Source of the DNA: Camelus dromedarius
Taxonomy: Eukaryota
Length of the DNA stretch: 64,000 nucleotides
Assembly (NCBI RefSeq): GCF_036321535.1
Contig: NC_087438.1
Span: 14,386,001 to 14,450,000 of the forward strand
Direction: 5' to 3'
The position numbers and the translations under genes were made by a program. Position 1 is the stretch's first letter, and each line of letters opens with the position of its first letter. The notes beneath the pieces were generated by a model. It saw only the letters and a list, made by a program, of their open reading frames with translations. It was not told the DNA's origin and searched no databases. Shown here in pieces: positions 37,277 to 51,500 of this stretch.

Positions 37277-40189
37277 CTAACTGCAGCACCGCCTCAGAAT
37301 CTACCTTTATCCCCGCTGCCCTCCTCACTGTATCAACCAAATCCCATCGACTGTACCTGGCTGGTATCTCTTCAACCTGTCCCATCTCCCAGCAGCTGCA
37401 TTAGTTCTCATTGTTTTTAAATCAACCTTCTAGGTTGTATAAATCTTCTATCTGGAGATTTCCACAGCACTATCGTTGTATCCTTCAAGAATATACTTCA
37501 TACTTGTTTCCATATTGCTAAATGAAAATGAAAATATTTGATAATACCATAAGTACCATGGAAGTCTCCTGAGCTACAGCAGAAATTAAAATCTTAACAG
37601 GGGATATAAGGTCGTTCACCACCAACTGTATCTGATATCTTTCCTTCCTGCTATATACTCCAAAGTTACTAGCATTCTCTTTAAAATCCTTTTCTATTTC
37701 TGGCAAGCACATATACTAATCCTCTGAGATCTAACAGAAATGTTCCACCAAAAGAATGAGTTTCAGGATTCTCTCTGCTTCCACAGCACCATATGTCATA
37801 CATCTACCTTTCTACTTATTACTTTTGCATTTTTCAACCCGTATTTCACTAGTGTTTACAGCAAGAATGGCTCACGTATTGTTTCATTTCTGTAAGTCTG
37901 AACTTTTGCAGTATGTTTTAAGTACTAATATGTGTTCATTGAATGAGTTAATGACTTTTAATGATTATTTTATTAATTAATCATGAATAAAAATGAGAAA
38001 AACGTGATATGCTGCATTGGTTTGTATAATCTGAAGTTCATCTACTTCTGTTAAATACTTGCTCAAAAATGAGTAATCACTGATGCCTGGGAAAAGAAAA
38101 AATGTTACTTCATCCAGTACCTTCCATTCAGTAACGCTGCTTCACTTTCACTTGTACTTCTAGCCACACTACCTACAAGCCTTTGCACCAATAAAACACC
38201 ATTTTGTGCTTGTGTTATATTTCTCTCATGTTTATGTCTGTTCAGACTGTTCTTTCTGTTCTGAATTGAACCATAGGTCATGTGAGGTTAACCAATGGTT
38301 AAGTTTATCAGAGTGACACTATAAGCATGGAGTGCCATAGGCAAATTAAATGTACAAAAAAGGACACCGCAGCATTCATGTTTACATGTGTAAATCTAAA
38401 GTCGCTGTTGGAAGAGCTGGCTGAAGAGGCAGAGATTCTGAACTGATATATGAGCATAATAGAGTCATGAATGTTGGTGGGCTGATGAGGAAGAGGGAAT
38501 GAGCAAGAACTACAAATGGAATTGATCACCTACTACATTTGGTATGATTTTCCATTTATACTCTATGTATGATATTCATAAACTCTGAAGCAAAGTTAAA
38601 CTATGAGAGGTTTGCCTCTTGCCCATCAAGATGTAAGGCAGATGTTCTGCAACAGTTAACACTTCCTTTAGTGCTAGAAGGGACACAGATGATCTGGGTT
38701 GCCAGGAGGGACTTTTTACCTTCCCACATCACCCTTACCTGGATTTGTTCTCCTGAGACTAAAAGGCAATTTCAGATTTGCATTTCATCACCATAACTTT
38801 AAGCCTGATTTAATTTTTTTCCCTCTAGGTTTGTTATCCTTGTTAAAATTGTCAGATCAGCTTCAACTGTTTATTTTCAATAGGCTGCTTGCCAAGTCAG
38901 TAGTTGGTCTGATTAACAAATTAAATACCTGTGATTTTTTAAACTCCTATATTATAAAGGAAAGTAGAAAGATCCGACACTGTAACTGTAGTGCTAAAAG
39001 TCTAATAAGTAATAGACAGAAGCCTACTGATGCCTACATCTTATTGAGAAGTAGCCAGTTTTAAGTGAATCTGATCATCATTATAGCCTGAGAACTATAT
39101 TTCATGAACAGCATAGCGGCCACTGAAACGTAAAAATCAGTTCCTTGTAGTTATTTGTTGTTTACTCTTAGTTTAAAAAAATGAATTTTAGTGTTTTAAG
39201 CATGTAAAATTATTCACTGTTTGAAAGCATTTAATATCACCCATATTTATTTATATTATATCTCTATGCTCTCTGTACCTAGATAATATGGATTCTATTT
39301 TTCTCCTTCTCAATGGTGAATTACATCGGAGAGTAACTGATTACAGTATAGTCTAACATTTTATTAACTACAAGTATCTGAGAAAATTGTTTGTAAGCTT
39401 ACATGCACATTATAACCCCTGGGAGCAAAGTTTATAAAATGGAATCAGTGCAAGCAAAATAATTATATAAAATTATGAATGATGGCCAGATTCCTTGACT
39501 CTATACATAGACTCCTTGGAATATCTATAGTTGAATATATTAAAATAGTGTAGTAGATTTTAGTCAATGAATAAATACCTTAACTTTGATTTTGTTTTTC
39601 TTCCAAAAATTTAAGAATGACAAAATATTATACATTTTAAAATTCTAACAGAAGGTAAAATATGTATATATAAATAGTCTAACTAATAATTTGACAGGTA
39701 AATAGAATATACTAGGATATATTTAACTCTAGGGGTTCCGAATAGAGGCTACATCCTTTGAAAGTTAGTTTATAATTTATCAGGGAGCCTTTGTAAATAC
39801 TGAATCACTGTTACGCACTTAAGGGGAGGTTTGCAGATTCTTGAAACTGAAAAATTTAGGAAATTGCAAACTTCCAATAATTTAACAAAATCAAAAGCAG
39901 GTTGAAATCAGATGATTAGGAATGTGTTGACCATTATGGGATAGCATGACAATTTATTTTCCTTCTTAAAAGATATAGACATCTGTTCATCTTCGAAGTC
40001 AATGAGTAACAGATGACTGTACATCTGTTTGCATACAAAGTGAGAGACTTGAGAGGCAGGGTGTTGTTTTTAGGATTTGTTTTGGTTGGTTGTTTTTCAC
40101 TATAATTTTCCTTTGTGACAATCAGCTCAACAACATTATTTTGATGGATTCCAGAATATATTTCCATGATAGCTCATAGTTACAGTTAT

Positions 40190-40395
40190 CACTAATTCTC
40201 CAGACAATAGTTGAAATTCTTTACATCTATTAGCTTCTTTAATAATCATAGATAACTATTAGACAGAAACTCTTCTTATTCCTGTTTAACAAATGAGAGA
40301 CTGAAGTACAGAGAGGTAAAGGTATTGCCCAAGGTCACACAGCTAATATGTGGGGGAATCCAGAAATTAAATACAGGTAATCTGACTCTGGGATC
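40190..40395 (-). mobile_element. MIR SINE
   Basis: acaaatgagagactgaagtacagagaggtaaag...ttgcccaaggtcacacagctaa. Confidence 0.85.
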
Positions 40396-41970
40396 TCTGT
40401 CCTCAGACTTTACCCATCTCTGTCTCTCAGTGAAGATCACTGTAGTCCTGGTAAAATTAAGTCAATTGTTTCTGCGTGGAGAAAAATAGCTTCAAATGAA
40501 ATCAGAGTTTTGCCTAACAGCAATATGCCAATAAATAGGAATTTTAAAAGAAGATAATATTTCTATGAGAACATTGTCAATTGGATGATGTATTGAGCAC
40601 TTGATCAAAAAGTAAATGTAGGTACTTTGAAGCCCACACTCTTTCATGAAGCTTGGTTACGTGTTTACTCAATTCACAGCTTTAGCTGCCTCTTCCACAA
40701 ATTCCTCTGAAGTGCAGCACTTTTATAGTTGCCTGAAATTTTGCCACATAAACTTTATAAAGCCATTGAAGGGTTCTGTAGCACCGTGTTTTGCACGTTT
40801 TAGTGTTGGCCTGGGGAAAGGAGAGCTTAACCTCCGGAAGTGAAAATGGCAAAGCACAAGACTTACTCCCCTCTTCTTCACTTCTCTTGCATTGTATAGC
40901 CTTTTAATAGCGAGATGCAGTAAATGAATAAAACTTTCTAGATAATAAATCAAAATACATCAAGGAAAATAATTCTGTCTCATTAGAAACTGATAAAAAA
41001 TTTCGATTGGTTTAATTTTAAGGGTTATACAAATACTCAACCTTCCCAAACACCGTTGACATGAAAATTAATGGACTCATGAAGTTATAGTTGGAGGAAG
41101 CAGAGAGTTCCTTTACACAAATACCATTCACAGTGGCAATGATCATGATTTTGTCCTGGGGCATCATCTAGCCAATCTTGCTATTTGCTATTGCTAAGTC
41201 CTGAAAATTTGTCATGACATTTAATTCTGGCAACGATTAAATCCAGACAACTGCATGATGGTTTAGAGAGCAAAATGTATTACATGTAGTATAAATGTAA
41301 ACAGGGAATATTTAAATGCAAGATTAGAAAAGCAGCGCTGTAATTCTAGAACCAGGTAACTTATTTGCTAAGTTCTAAAGGAACAAATTCTTTTTATAAA
41401 CATGACACAGAACATTTCATTAAATCAGAGAATTTCCTCAGACATGCAGCCTTTCTTGAATGTAAGTAGGTAAACACATCACCTTCAGTCCTATTTTCAG
41501 TGAACGATAAGAATCAAGGAGAGGGAATCTATTCTTTGAAAACATCAGATTTTGAGGCATAGTGGATTGAACATCAAGCTTCAAATCAGCAATCAGGTGT
41601 AATTGCTGGCTCTTTTGCTTACTAACTGTGAGTTTCAGAAAGAACATGTAGCTTGAATGTAAGTATCAGTGAATGGATTTTAAAATTTCCCCAGGACTCT
41701 GCCCACATGCCAAAAAGATGCGATAATACTTGCTCTATGTGACATGTCATGTAATATTCAATATCTCCAGAAATACTGTAATTGAAAGTTCTTTGTAAAC
41801 GAGCAAGTGCTTTACAGATGTAGTTGATTATTATTACTCATCTGTGGTATTTTATATCAAAAAGGAAAGCATGCATATTTACAAGGGCCTTACTAAACTA
41901 TAAAAGCACTCTTTTTTTCCGTGATTTAAAATGAAGTGTATTTATTATCATTGTTTACCTCTATCCTAAT

Positions 41971-42402
41971 TGTACTAGCTTCTCAAGGCTGCTGTAACAA
42001 AATACCACAAACTGGGGGGTTTAAAACAGACATGCATTGTCTCACGGCTCTGTGGCTAGAAGTCTGAGGTTAAGGTGTCAGTAGAGCCATACTCCCTCTG
42101 AAGACTCCTTCCTTGCCTCTTCTAGTTTCTGACATTTGCCACCAATCCTTGCTTTTCCTTGGTTTGTAGATACATCACCCAGACTCCCGTTCCCTTGTCA
42201 CATGGATATCTTCTCCTGTGTGCCTCTGTCTTTACATGGTGTTTTTCTCTTCTTGGATTGGGATTAAGACCTCTCTAATGACCTCAACTTATTTTGATTA
42301 CATCCACAAGGATCCTATTTTTAAATAAGGTCACATTTTCAGAGGTTAAGTCTTCAATATGCCATTGTTTTTATGTGTGTGAACACAATTTAATATTTAA
42401 CA
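41971..42402 (-). mobile_element. MaLR solo LTR (MLT1B/C-like)
   Basis: Runs tgtactagcttctcaaggctgctgtaacaaaataccacaaactgggg...tccttccttgcctcttctagtttctg...aaataaggtcacatt...acacaatt...aaca. Confidence 0.85.
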
Positions 42403-43718
42403 GTAGTGAATTCAGGACAGACATGCGTATGCAGATGAAGTAATACATACTTAGAGGGTTTTTTTTTTCAGTGTTTATTTAATACTCTGTACATGCAAAA
42501 GCCTACATATATCCTTTTGTTCACAAAATGTAAAATAGCTATGTATAACCATAATTTTAAACAAGTATTTTAGGATAAAATATTAAAATATAGTACATTA
42601 ATGCATGTACTATATAAAATATAGTACATTAATAAATCACTTTTTTTCTGTTATAGAGTAAATAATAGAATGGGTTAAGCAAGTAAGATACCCAAATCAG
42701 GTAGAACTTGACCTTGACATTGGATTTGCTATAATTTGACTAGGAAGGACAGACAGAGAAGCACATAGTGAAAGAGAAAAAGTTTCGAGAATAAAATAAT
42801 CAAAGTGTTTCAGGGAATAAAATTGATGGCCTGACTCACAGGAAGATATTTAAAGATAAGCACTGGGGATACATTCAGGTAAGTTAGAGGCAATTCAACA
42901 AAAATGGGAAAAAATTTGAACTTGATTCCAGAAGCGTTTGGGAAGCCCTGATAAATACTACTAGAGGACAGTAGCAGGATGCAAAAAAAGACCTCGGGGA
43001 CAGAAAGTGCAACAAGAAGGCTATTGCATTAATTCAGTTCTGCAGGCTTCTAGGGATTGCTTATGCCTGCAAACTGTGTGCTGGGGTTTTCTGGAATACC
43101 GCAGTAAATTCACAGAGATGGGGGCGCATCCGCTCCTGAGTAACTTCACAGAGGGGAGCACCCTAGGTTGTTTTAAATTTCAGGAGAAACATAAGGACAT
43201 CTATAAGAAATCCAACAACCTACTTACTCTTAGGATAGTTAGACCTATTTCTTTATTGAACAGAACTATTAGGGTTTGGGCCTAGGGCTGCTATAAAAAA
43301 ATTACTGAAACATTAATATAGTCATGAACCCAAACAGCTTAGAAATCTCTAGCTCATTAATTAAATTAATGAATGCTCTTTTACTTGATCTGCAGCTCTG
43401 AGTAATTTTCTACGCTCCTAAATATCTTCTGCATCTTCCTCATTTAGATTATTCTTGATTATAATCCCACATTTTTTTATGTTGCTCTGGCATGAAACTA
43501 GTCAAACTTTTTTTTCCCTCTGATGTTTTTGTTGGTGAAGACTAAGGAAAAAACATTTTGTTCAAATGTAGTGATCTCTACTTTTCCTTTAAAAAATTTT
43601 ACTCTCCTATATTCAGGTCCTTTGAGGATTTTGCTAAAAGTAGTTCCAATATTACTGTTGTTACTGTTATATTTTAACATTTCCCATTAGCTCTCAATTT
43701 TCTAGTTTAATATACATA

Positions 43719-44063
43719 CAGTCACCCCTCAGTATGCTTGTCTGAGTGGTTCCAGGATTCCCACAGACATCAAAATTTGAGGATGTACTAGTCCAGTATA
43801 TAAAATGGCATAGTATTTGCATATAACCTACACATATCCTTTGTATACTTTAAATCATCTCTAGGTTACTTAAAATACTTAATACAATGTAAATAGTATG
43901 TAAATAGTTGTAAATACAAGGTAATTGCCATGTAAATATTTGCTAACATGACGCAAATTCAAGTTTTGCTTTTGAAACTTTCTGGAATTTAAAAAAAAAT
44001 ATTTTTAATCTATGGTTGGTTAAATCTGCAGATGCAGAACCCACAGATATATAGGGCCAACTG
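43719..44063 (+). mobile_element. TcMar-Tigger MITE, MER2-like
   Basis: TA-CAGTC...AACTG-TA ends. Internal tatataaaatggcatagtatttgcatataacctacacatatcct...tactttaaatcatctctag. Confidence 0.88.
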
Positions 44064-46846
44064 TATCACATATTGCTATCTGACTATCTGATTCCTGGGT
44101 CAATTCTAACATACATACCTATGTTAATAATGAAAACACATATGCTAAACAGGGGTGTATTTATGATCTAGAATTGCATTTTACAACATATTTTGTACAT
44201 TAAATAAATATAAAATCTTTTTAAAATTGCTATTGATTCCAAGTCCAATGGGAGACTGCCTAAATCAGTCTACATAAATAAAAGCAGAGAACTGAGGGTA
44301 GATAATCACAATCTCAGAACTCAGGATAGATTTCAAAAAATGATTCCTGGTTCATGATAATATATAGAAATGTATTTCTATTATTTCCTTTCTTTCCATT
44401 AGTAATGTAACTATCCAAATGTAGGTTCTTAAAATGATTGTCCATAACGTTTTAAAATAGTTTCCTTTTTGAGCTTTGTCTCTCCCAACAAATACTCCCA
44501 GGGTTTGCCTAAAGACACCTTCCCCTCCTGCCATCAGAGAGAACAATAATAGCAGAATAATAACAGTTCATTTTAAAAAAAGCCAAAACAACAACAAACA
44601 TCAATAGTCTTGCCCCAATATACCTAGTAGCATTTTTTCCACAATTTCTACCATATTTGGACCTCAGACTAAAATCAAGTTGACATATTTATCCTTCACA
44701 AAGCGTAGCAACATCAGTTGCTCTGTTGTACTTCATTTACAATGTTCTTGTTTTTGAAATGCCCCTCAATGCTCAGTTGAAGCTCTCTTCACTATTACCA
44801 CCTTTATGCCTCGGCAAGGTAGCCCTGCCCTGGATCACATGACTTTAGAGGGACCAGCTCTGACCTAAGCCAGGGCAGTACTTCTCATCATAGACCGACA
44901 GGTCCATGAAGGTAAGGAGATATATTCAATAGCAATCCAAACTATACATCTAGATCATATAGATGCTAACAGGACAATAGAAAGGATAAAGATATACTCA
45001 AGGCAACTGAATTTGCTAGAGAGGATCACTGACCTCTTTGTTTAAACAAAAATGGTAATTACACTTTATGAAAGAAAATTACTGGATAACAAATATTATT
45101 ACAATGTCTATATAAGCTCATTTAATCCTCACATCTCTGTGCTATAGCTATGATAATTATCTTCATTGTATAGAAGAAAACAGACACACAAAGTTCCATA
45201 CAAACTTGCCTAAACTATACATGAATTTTCATCCAGGAAGTGCAGCTTCCTAGCAAAACCTCCTAAGTAATGTGGTCACTAGAAATAAGACTTAACACAC
45301 TAGAAATGTAGATCACTGTTTCCTCATTTAGCTGGAGCATAAAGTAGCAGGACAAACATAAAGAAAAGAAACAAGATCACAAACAGGGAAAGAGCACAAA
45401 ATACAACATTTTCTAGAACTGAGATTTAATTTACCTATGTTGGTTTCCAAGAATCGTGGCAGTCTTTTTTTCAATAGTGTGTTCACCAACTGCATAATCA
45501 GGAGCACGATTTGAGAAACGAATGATTTAACTTCCATGCTTATTCATTTAATGGAGGGATTCCAGAGTAACTAGAATTATGCACTTTTCTGACTTCTTTT
45601 AGCAGTTTGATTTCCTTATAGTCATTTATCCCTGTGTTTGCTTTTTTTAATCTCACAACTAAAATATGCTATACAAAAGTAACTGAAATATCACATAGAA
45701 GCTCTCCATGTTTGCCAAAATAATACTAATAAATCCTAATCCTAATCCTAATCCTAATACTTCCCCTAGATTTATTCTAAGTAATTCATCTGGAAAAAAA
45801 CCAAACTTTTAATCAAACTCCTTTGATGGCCATTGAATCAAAGCTATATATTATATAATATTAGAAATCTATTGTGATTTCTGGATAAGAAAGTTATAGA
45901 ATTAACCAAATTTTGTTTGAATGATAAAAATCATCATTCTAGAGAAGGATTTGATTTCCTCCTTTTCTACTAAGTCTTTATAAAGCCATGCACATTTTCT
46001 GTATCTGCTTCTGTTTTGAAATTGCAGAAGCTCCACTGTCACAGGAGATAAATCAAGGTGTCTTTTAACCAGGCCCTTCTGACTCTCAGATTCTAAAATC
46101 TAGTTCTGATTTTGGACGTATAAAATTACTTTGGCAGATGGTTGCCTCACTCTTGTTTCTAGAAATATAGGTCAAGTATTTAATCATCAAATAACCACAG
46201 ATATTTAATGGGCTCACATTTTTCATGATAATAGAAAACCCTAGGGTTATTCTGTAGTAGAGTAGGTTATAATATTCCTAGTTCAAGTAACTGTGATTTG
46301 CTATCATATACAGAATGTTTGTTTTCTTGCTGGGGAGGAGACCCTTATGTCTGAATGCCCATGTTGTTTTTATATTTTTGGATTCTAAACTTTCTAAACT
46401 AAACTCATAACATGAATATGTTAATAGTTTATGAATGTGCACCACTATGTTTGGATTTTAGCTAAGCAGAATTCTGGATTTATTTTTCCATTTTTTGTCT
46501 CAAGCTTTTATTTATTATAAAATCAACTTGCACTGATAAGCCATTATTAATATTGATTCACTATTTTTCTGCTACATATATTCTACTCACATGCCTTTTG
46601 CTTAAAACTTAGCTGACATAATGAAATCCATTATTTTTAATTAAAGAACACGTAGTGTTTCTCTTTTTACAGACTTGATGAATGCTTCAAATTATGATGT
46701 AAAAGCTTGCCAAAATTTTTCCATTGTCAGATTATTTTTTTCTAATTTGCAAGAGTTTGTTTTGAAATGATTACACAGCATTTACTGAGAAAATGGCAAT
46801 GTTTTTGAATATTCTGTTGTGTCACAAACATTCGCTCTAATATATA

Positions 46847-46848
<2 letters not shown>

Positions 46849-46884
<36 letters not shown>
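46849..46884. repeat. (TA)n microsatellite
   Basis: Directly visible. Confidence 0.97.
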
Positions 46885-46885
<1 letters not shown>

Positions 46886-46889
46886 TCCT

Positions 46890-47315
46890 TTTGATTGTAT
46901 TCCCTCTTACTTTCCTCCTTGCTCCCTGTCTTCAGCCTCATAATGTCCTTCTAGCTACTTAAACATGAAAAGTACAGCCTTTGTAAAAAGAAATCCTCTC
47001 TATGCTCAGAAGAAATACTTTTCTATTGGAATAGCTCCTTCCATCACTTTCTTCAGGTCATTGTTCAAAGGCCACCTCATCAGTGAAATTATCCCTGAAA
47101 GTACTATAACAATATGCCCAATAATTCACGGTCTACCTTTTTACCTTATTTTTCCTTTACAACTTTTATCACCCCTCTGACACATTGTTATTCACATCTA
47201 GAGGACAGTCTCCACTGATGGAGAGCAATATTGACTTTGTTTTGTTCATTGCTGTATTCCCATGCCTAGGGAAAATGTCTGGAATACAGTAGACTTAATA
47301 AATACTTGTTAAGTC
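46890..47315 (+). mobile_element. L2 3' fragment
   Basis: ttgttttgttcattgctgtattcccatgcctag...tggaatacagtagacttaataaatacttgtt. Confidence 0.75.
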
Positions 47316-47446
47316 AGTAGATACATAGGTGACCAAAGTCCTTTCTGTGTCAGGAAAACAGTAGATGAAAGAGATAAGATTACATAATATCAGCAATAGC
47401 CTGTCAATATCCCCACTACAGCCAACCCCACCACAACACTCTACCT

Positions 47447-47449
<3 letters not shown>

Positions 47450-47478
<29 letters not shown>
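47450..47478. repeat. (CA)n microsatellite
   Basis: Directly visible. Confidence 0.97.
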
Positions 47479-47481
<3 letters not shown>

Positions 47482-48042
47482 TACTTGCTGAGCTGGAGAA
47501 ACTCATAGGTTCACTATAGAAGCTCATAGTTGAGAGCATAAGATGTTGGAGAGGGTTTGTCATGGTTTTTCCATAAAGAATGATGAGCAGATAGAAACTT
47601 GGAGTTGAGTGCTTGCTTCTCTAGGAGAACTATGAAGGCAATAGGGGTTCATTGGAATTACCTGTGATGTCAAAGGCAGAGAAGCAGTGGTATAGGAGAG
47701 CATGCATCTGGCGTGCAAAGAATGAGTGACATTCCTACGAGCAAAATGGATGCCTACAGAAGATGGCATGGCCTAAACCACCTTGAAAGAAATTTGCTCA
47801 ACAGGGCAAGAGTGTCTGTGAAATGGAAATTAGATGTAAAATGAAAGTATTACACTGGAGTGGAGTGGAGTGGAGTGGACTTGGACAGACCTGAAAGTAA
47901 GTTGTTACTGTCATAGAGAAATAATCTAATTGAAAATGAATGCAAGTCTAAAGAGATCTATCCATGGTCCTATTTGAGGGAGAGTCAATAAAAGAACAGA
48001 ATACGTTTGTAGGAAGTGATGGGAGAAAAATAAAGGCATTGT

Positions 48043-48570
48043 ATGCAAGGATTTTTTAACATCCGCAAATGAATCAACATCATACACCACATTAGCAAAA
48101 TGAAGAACAAAAAACATGATCATCTCAATAGATGCAGAAAAAGCTTTTGATAAAATTCACCATCCATTTAAGATAAAAACTCTCCAGAAAGTGGGCATGG
48201 AGAGAACATACCTCAACAAAATAAAGGCCATATATGACAAAACCACAACTCACATCACACTCAAAGGTGAAAAGCTGAAAGCATTTCTGCTGAGGTCATA
48301 AACAAGACAACGACACCCTCTCTCACCACTTTTATTCAACATAATTTTGGAAGTCCTAGCCACAGCAATCAGGGAAGAAAAAGAAATAAAACAAATCCAA
48401 AGTGGAAAAGAAGTAAAACTGTCACTATTTGCAGATGACATGATACTATAAATAGAAAATCTTAAAGATGCAACCAGAAAATTACTAAAGCTCATCAATG
48501 AATTTGGTAAAGTTGCAGGACACAAAATTAACATACAGAAGTCAGTTGCATTTCTATACACTAACAACAA
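48043..48570 (+). mobile_element. Internal L1 ORF2 (reverse transcriptase) fragment
   Basis: [21 protein letters not shown] (ORF 48116), [16 protein letters not shown] and [17 protein letters not shown]. Relatively low divergence. No 3' UTR or poly(A). Confidence 0.95.
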
Positions 48571-51500
48571 AATAGTATTATGCAAATGCTATTTTATTGC
48601 ATTTAAATAATAGCAAAATAACATTTGTGTCTGAAATTTCTCTTTAAAAAGGCAAGTAAAAATAAAGAAAAAGTGAGATCCACTAATACATACCCACAAA
48701 CACACTGGCCTTTGGAAAGTAAAGATCTGATCCTTAAAAGAATATTTTTAGATATATTCACACAATTAAATGAACTATTTTAAGTGAAAGTGTGAAAAAC
48801 AGCAATTGGAATTAGCTGTCAGTCATGAATAAGAACCAAATTATATTTGACAATCAAAGTTTCAGCTGCATAGTTATCTTGAGTGATTACTATAATTAAA
48901 AGCAAAAGAACAATATGTTAACTTCACTAATATAGTGTTTGTTCACCATGAATCACTTCTATATTGATATGACTTATGTCATAGATACACTGCGATTAGA
49001 ACATTTAGTCCTTGATAAAGTTGGTGAAAGACTTTTCAACAGCAAAAAAATCATTTTAAAGAAAATTCTCAGTTTAAAAACAGAAAAAAAAAGCTCTAAA
49101 ATAGACCTTCTAAAATAACTACTTAAAAATATCAGATCTTTCCTTATTGCTTAAATTAGATTCTCTAGTAAATGAAGAAATAAATAGCAGACATATAATT
49201 ATTTATAGCTTCATAACTATAACAAATCATAAGTTGTTATAAAGTGGGAAAATTATTTACTACCATAATCTAAAATATGCTCAAGCTACTGAATATATCT
49301 AAGTTATTATGCTAATTTCAGTAGAGGAGGCAGATTTTAGATATGAGTTTTACAGAACAATAGTAATGGAGTTGGTTAAATAATTTTTCCTTTCAGAATA
49401 TAGTGAGTACATGCTGAAATATATTTAGTAAGTTTAATTATTAGAAAATGATTTCTGTGACTATGTATCCCTACCTATATTTTAAATTTTTCATCAGTTA
49501 TAAAATTTGTTAGTAGATTTTACTTCCATAGATGGAAATGAAAAGCTAGAAACATTACATAATTTAGACTAAGTTAGATGTTAGTCCTAAGGCAGTTATT
49601 TCAATAAGAAACCAATATAGTGAATCTCTGTATTTTTATTTTTTAAATCAATCATTTAATTTCCATATTCAATGCAAAGAAAGTTAAATTTTCCAAGCAA
49701 ATATGCATGTTTATTATTGATACTAAATTAATCTAGAAAATACCTACAAAACATCTAATATGTAAATGTACTGTTATGCTTTGGAGAATACAAAATTATT
49801 AATTCATTCTGGAATGATTCCCCCATAAACATACAATATTAACAGAGAGATAAGTTATTCATGTACCAAATTAAGAAAACACAATATAAATAATGCCATA
49901 TGAAAATACATGAAGTCTCAAAACTAAGTTTGTGATTTTTTTTTTGTGAATACACAGTATGAAGAGGTAGTACAAATATTTCCAATGTGGTACAATCATG
50001 TTGATTTTATTTCTCCCTTGAGACATTTTTAGAAGATGTAAATGCCACCATTTCCTCCTGAGATGCTCTGGTGCCCATTATTTACTATCTTCTAGAATCA
50101 TTTACATTCTCTCTCTTCTGAATATTCAAACTTCCTCATCACTAACAGTTTGATGGTTCCTCTGGAGCCCGAGACTCTCCATATTAAAAAAATAATAATA
50201 AACACATAGAAGAAATCTTTTTTTTTCTCTGAACCCTCTCTAGCCACCACCAACTATCTCATCTTACATTCTCAGAGTATTTCACTTTTATATATGTAAC
50301 TCTAACTCCACATTTACTGTTTTACTACTCTGGCTCCTGCCCTCAGAACCCAATGAAACTGATCTATATAAATTTACTACCTACTTTATCAACCTGGCAC
50401 TTTAAAACTTGATGTCTCTATATCTTCTCCCACCCTGAGCCACAGCTCTTTAATATTCTCTGATGCGTCAACTCTTAGCCAATCTCCTGGTCACCACACT
50501 TTCCATATACACACATAAACACACTCTCTTCATTAACCTCCTCTAAGAGCTTTAAACAATTATTTTCAAATCACTGGCTAGAAAAGCAATCATCGTGGTC
50601 TCACCCACTCTAATCCTCCTAGTGACCTAATTTTCTTATTGGAAATAATGTCTTTGGCTTCACTATCAAAATATGTGTTTTGCTTGGTTTTCCTTCTACC
50701 TTTTGGTCATTTCTTGTTGATTTCTTGAATTCATCTTTTAGCTAATCCTGTCTCCTGCTCTCACCATGTCACACCACCTATCTCCTTCTCTCAGAGTATT
50801 TCTTTTGGCTAGAAATTTTTGTTTTCAAAATACAAGTACTGTGTAGCCAATGTGAGTTTAATGGCTCTGGCTGCTTTCAAAATCCTCTTTTCACAGTAGC
50901 GGAATGGACATCAGTCTTTCTCATTAGGTATATCGTTACAATCTCCCATGTAAGACAGGTACTTATGGTAGCTTAAATAAGGTCAATTCATATTTACCTA
51001 GGGTTCCAAGCCTAGACTGATAAATTATCTATTAGTTGATCAGCACCTTTCTTTTCCCGAATATAGAGGTTTGCCTGCCTGCCAGCTTGCTTGCTTGCTT
51101 GCTTGTTTCCTTTCTTCCTGCCATATGAGAATGTCAATGGGAAAATGGTTGAGAATAAACCTAGGACATATTAAAAAGGTTGTCAAGAACTTGAAGCTCC
51201 AATTTTATGTATAATCATATAAAATCACACTATTGATTAAAAAGATGAGAATATATAGAATCACACATTATTTGCAGAATAGTAAGACAAACAGGTTCTT
51301 ATGATTGCATCGTGAACTTCGTGAAAACTTCATGCAGTCAATTTATTGTTCTGTCTCATTGAATATTCTCAATCATCACTAAGCCCCAAAGCCCTAACTA
51401 AAAATATGTGCTGATTATGACTAGAACATTGAAAAGATCTGCTTCTCAGTCTCTTCCATTTAAGACCAGGGGTTATTTCAGCTAGAAGGCAAGACCAGGA

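Noticed and set aside
45732..45758. (AATCCT)n run resembling telomeric repeat
   Set aside because: The unit is TTAGGA rather than TTAGGG and there are only about four copies, so it is an ordinary microsatellite.
47856..47880. (TGGAG)n pentamer run; also considered whether any repeat forms a CRISPR-like array
   Set aside because: Simple microsatellite. I found no repeat-spacer array, and the DNA is mammalian.
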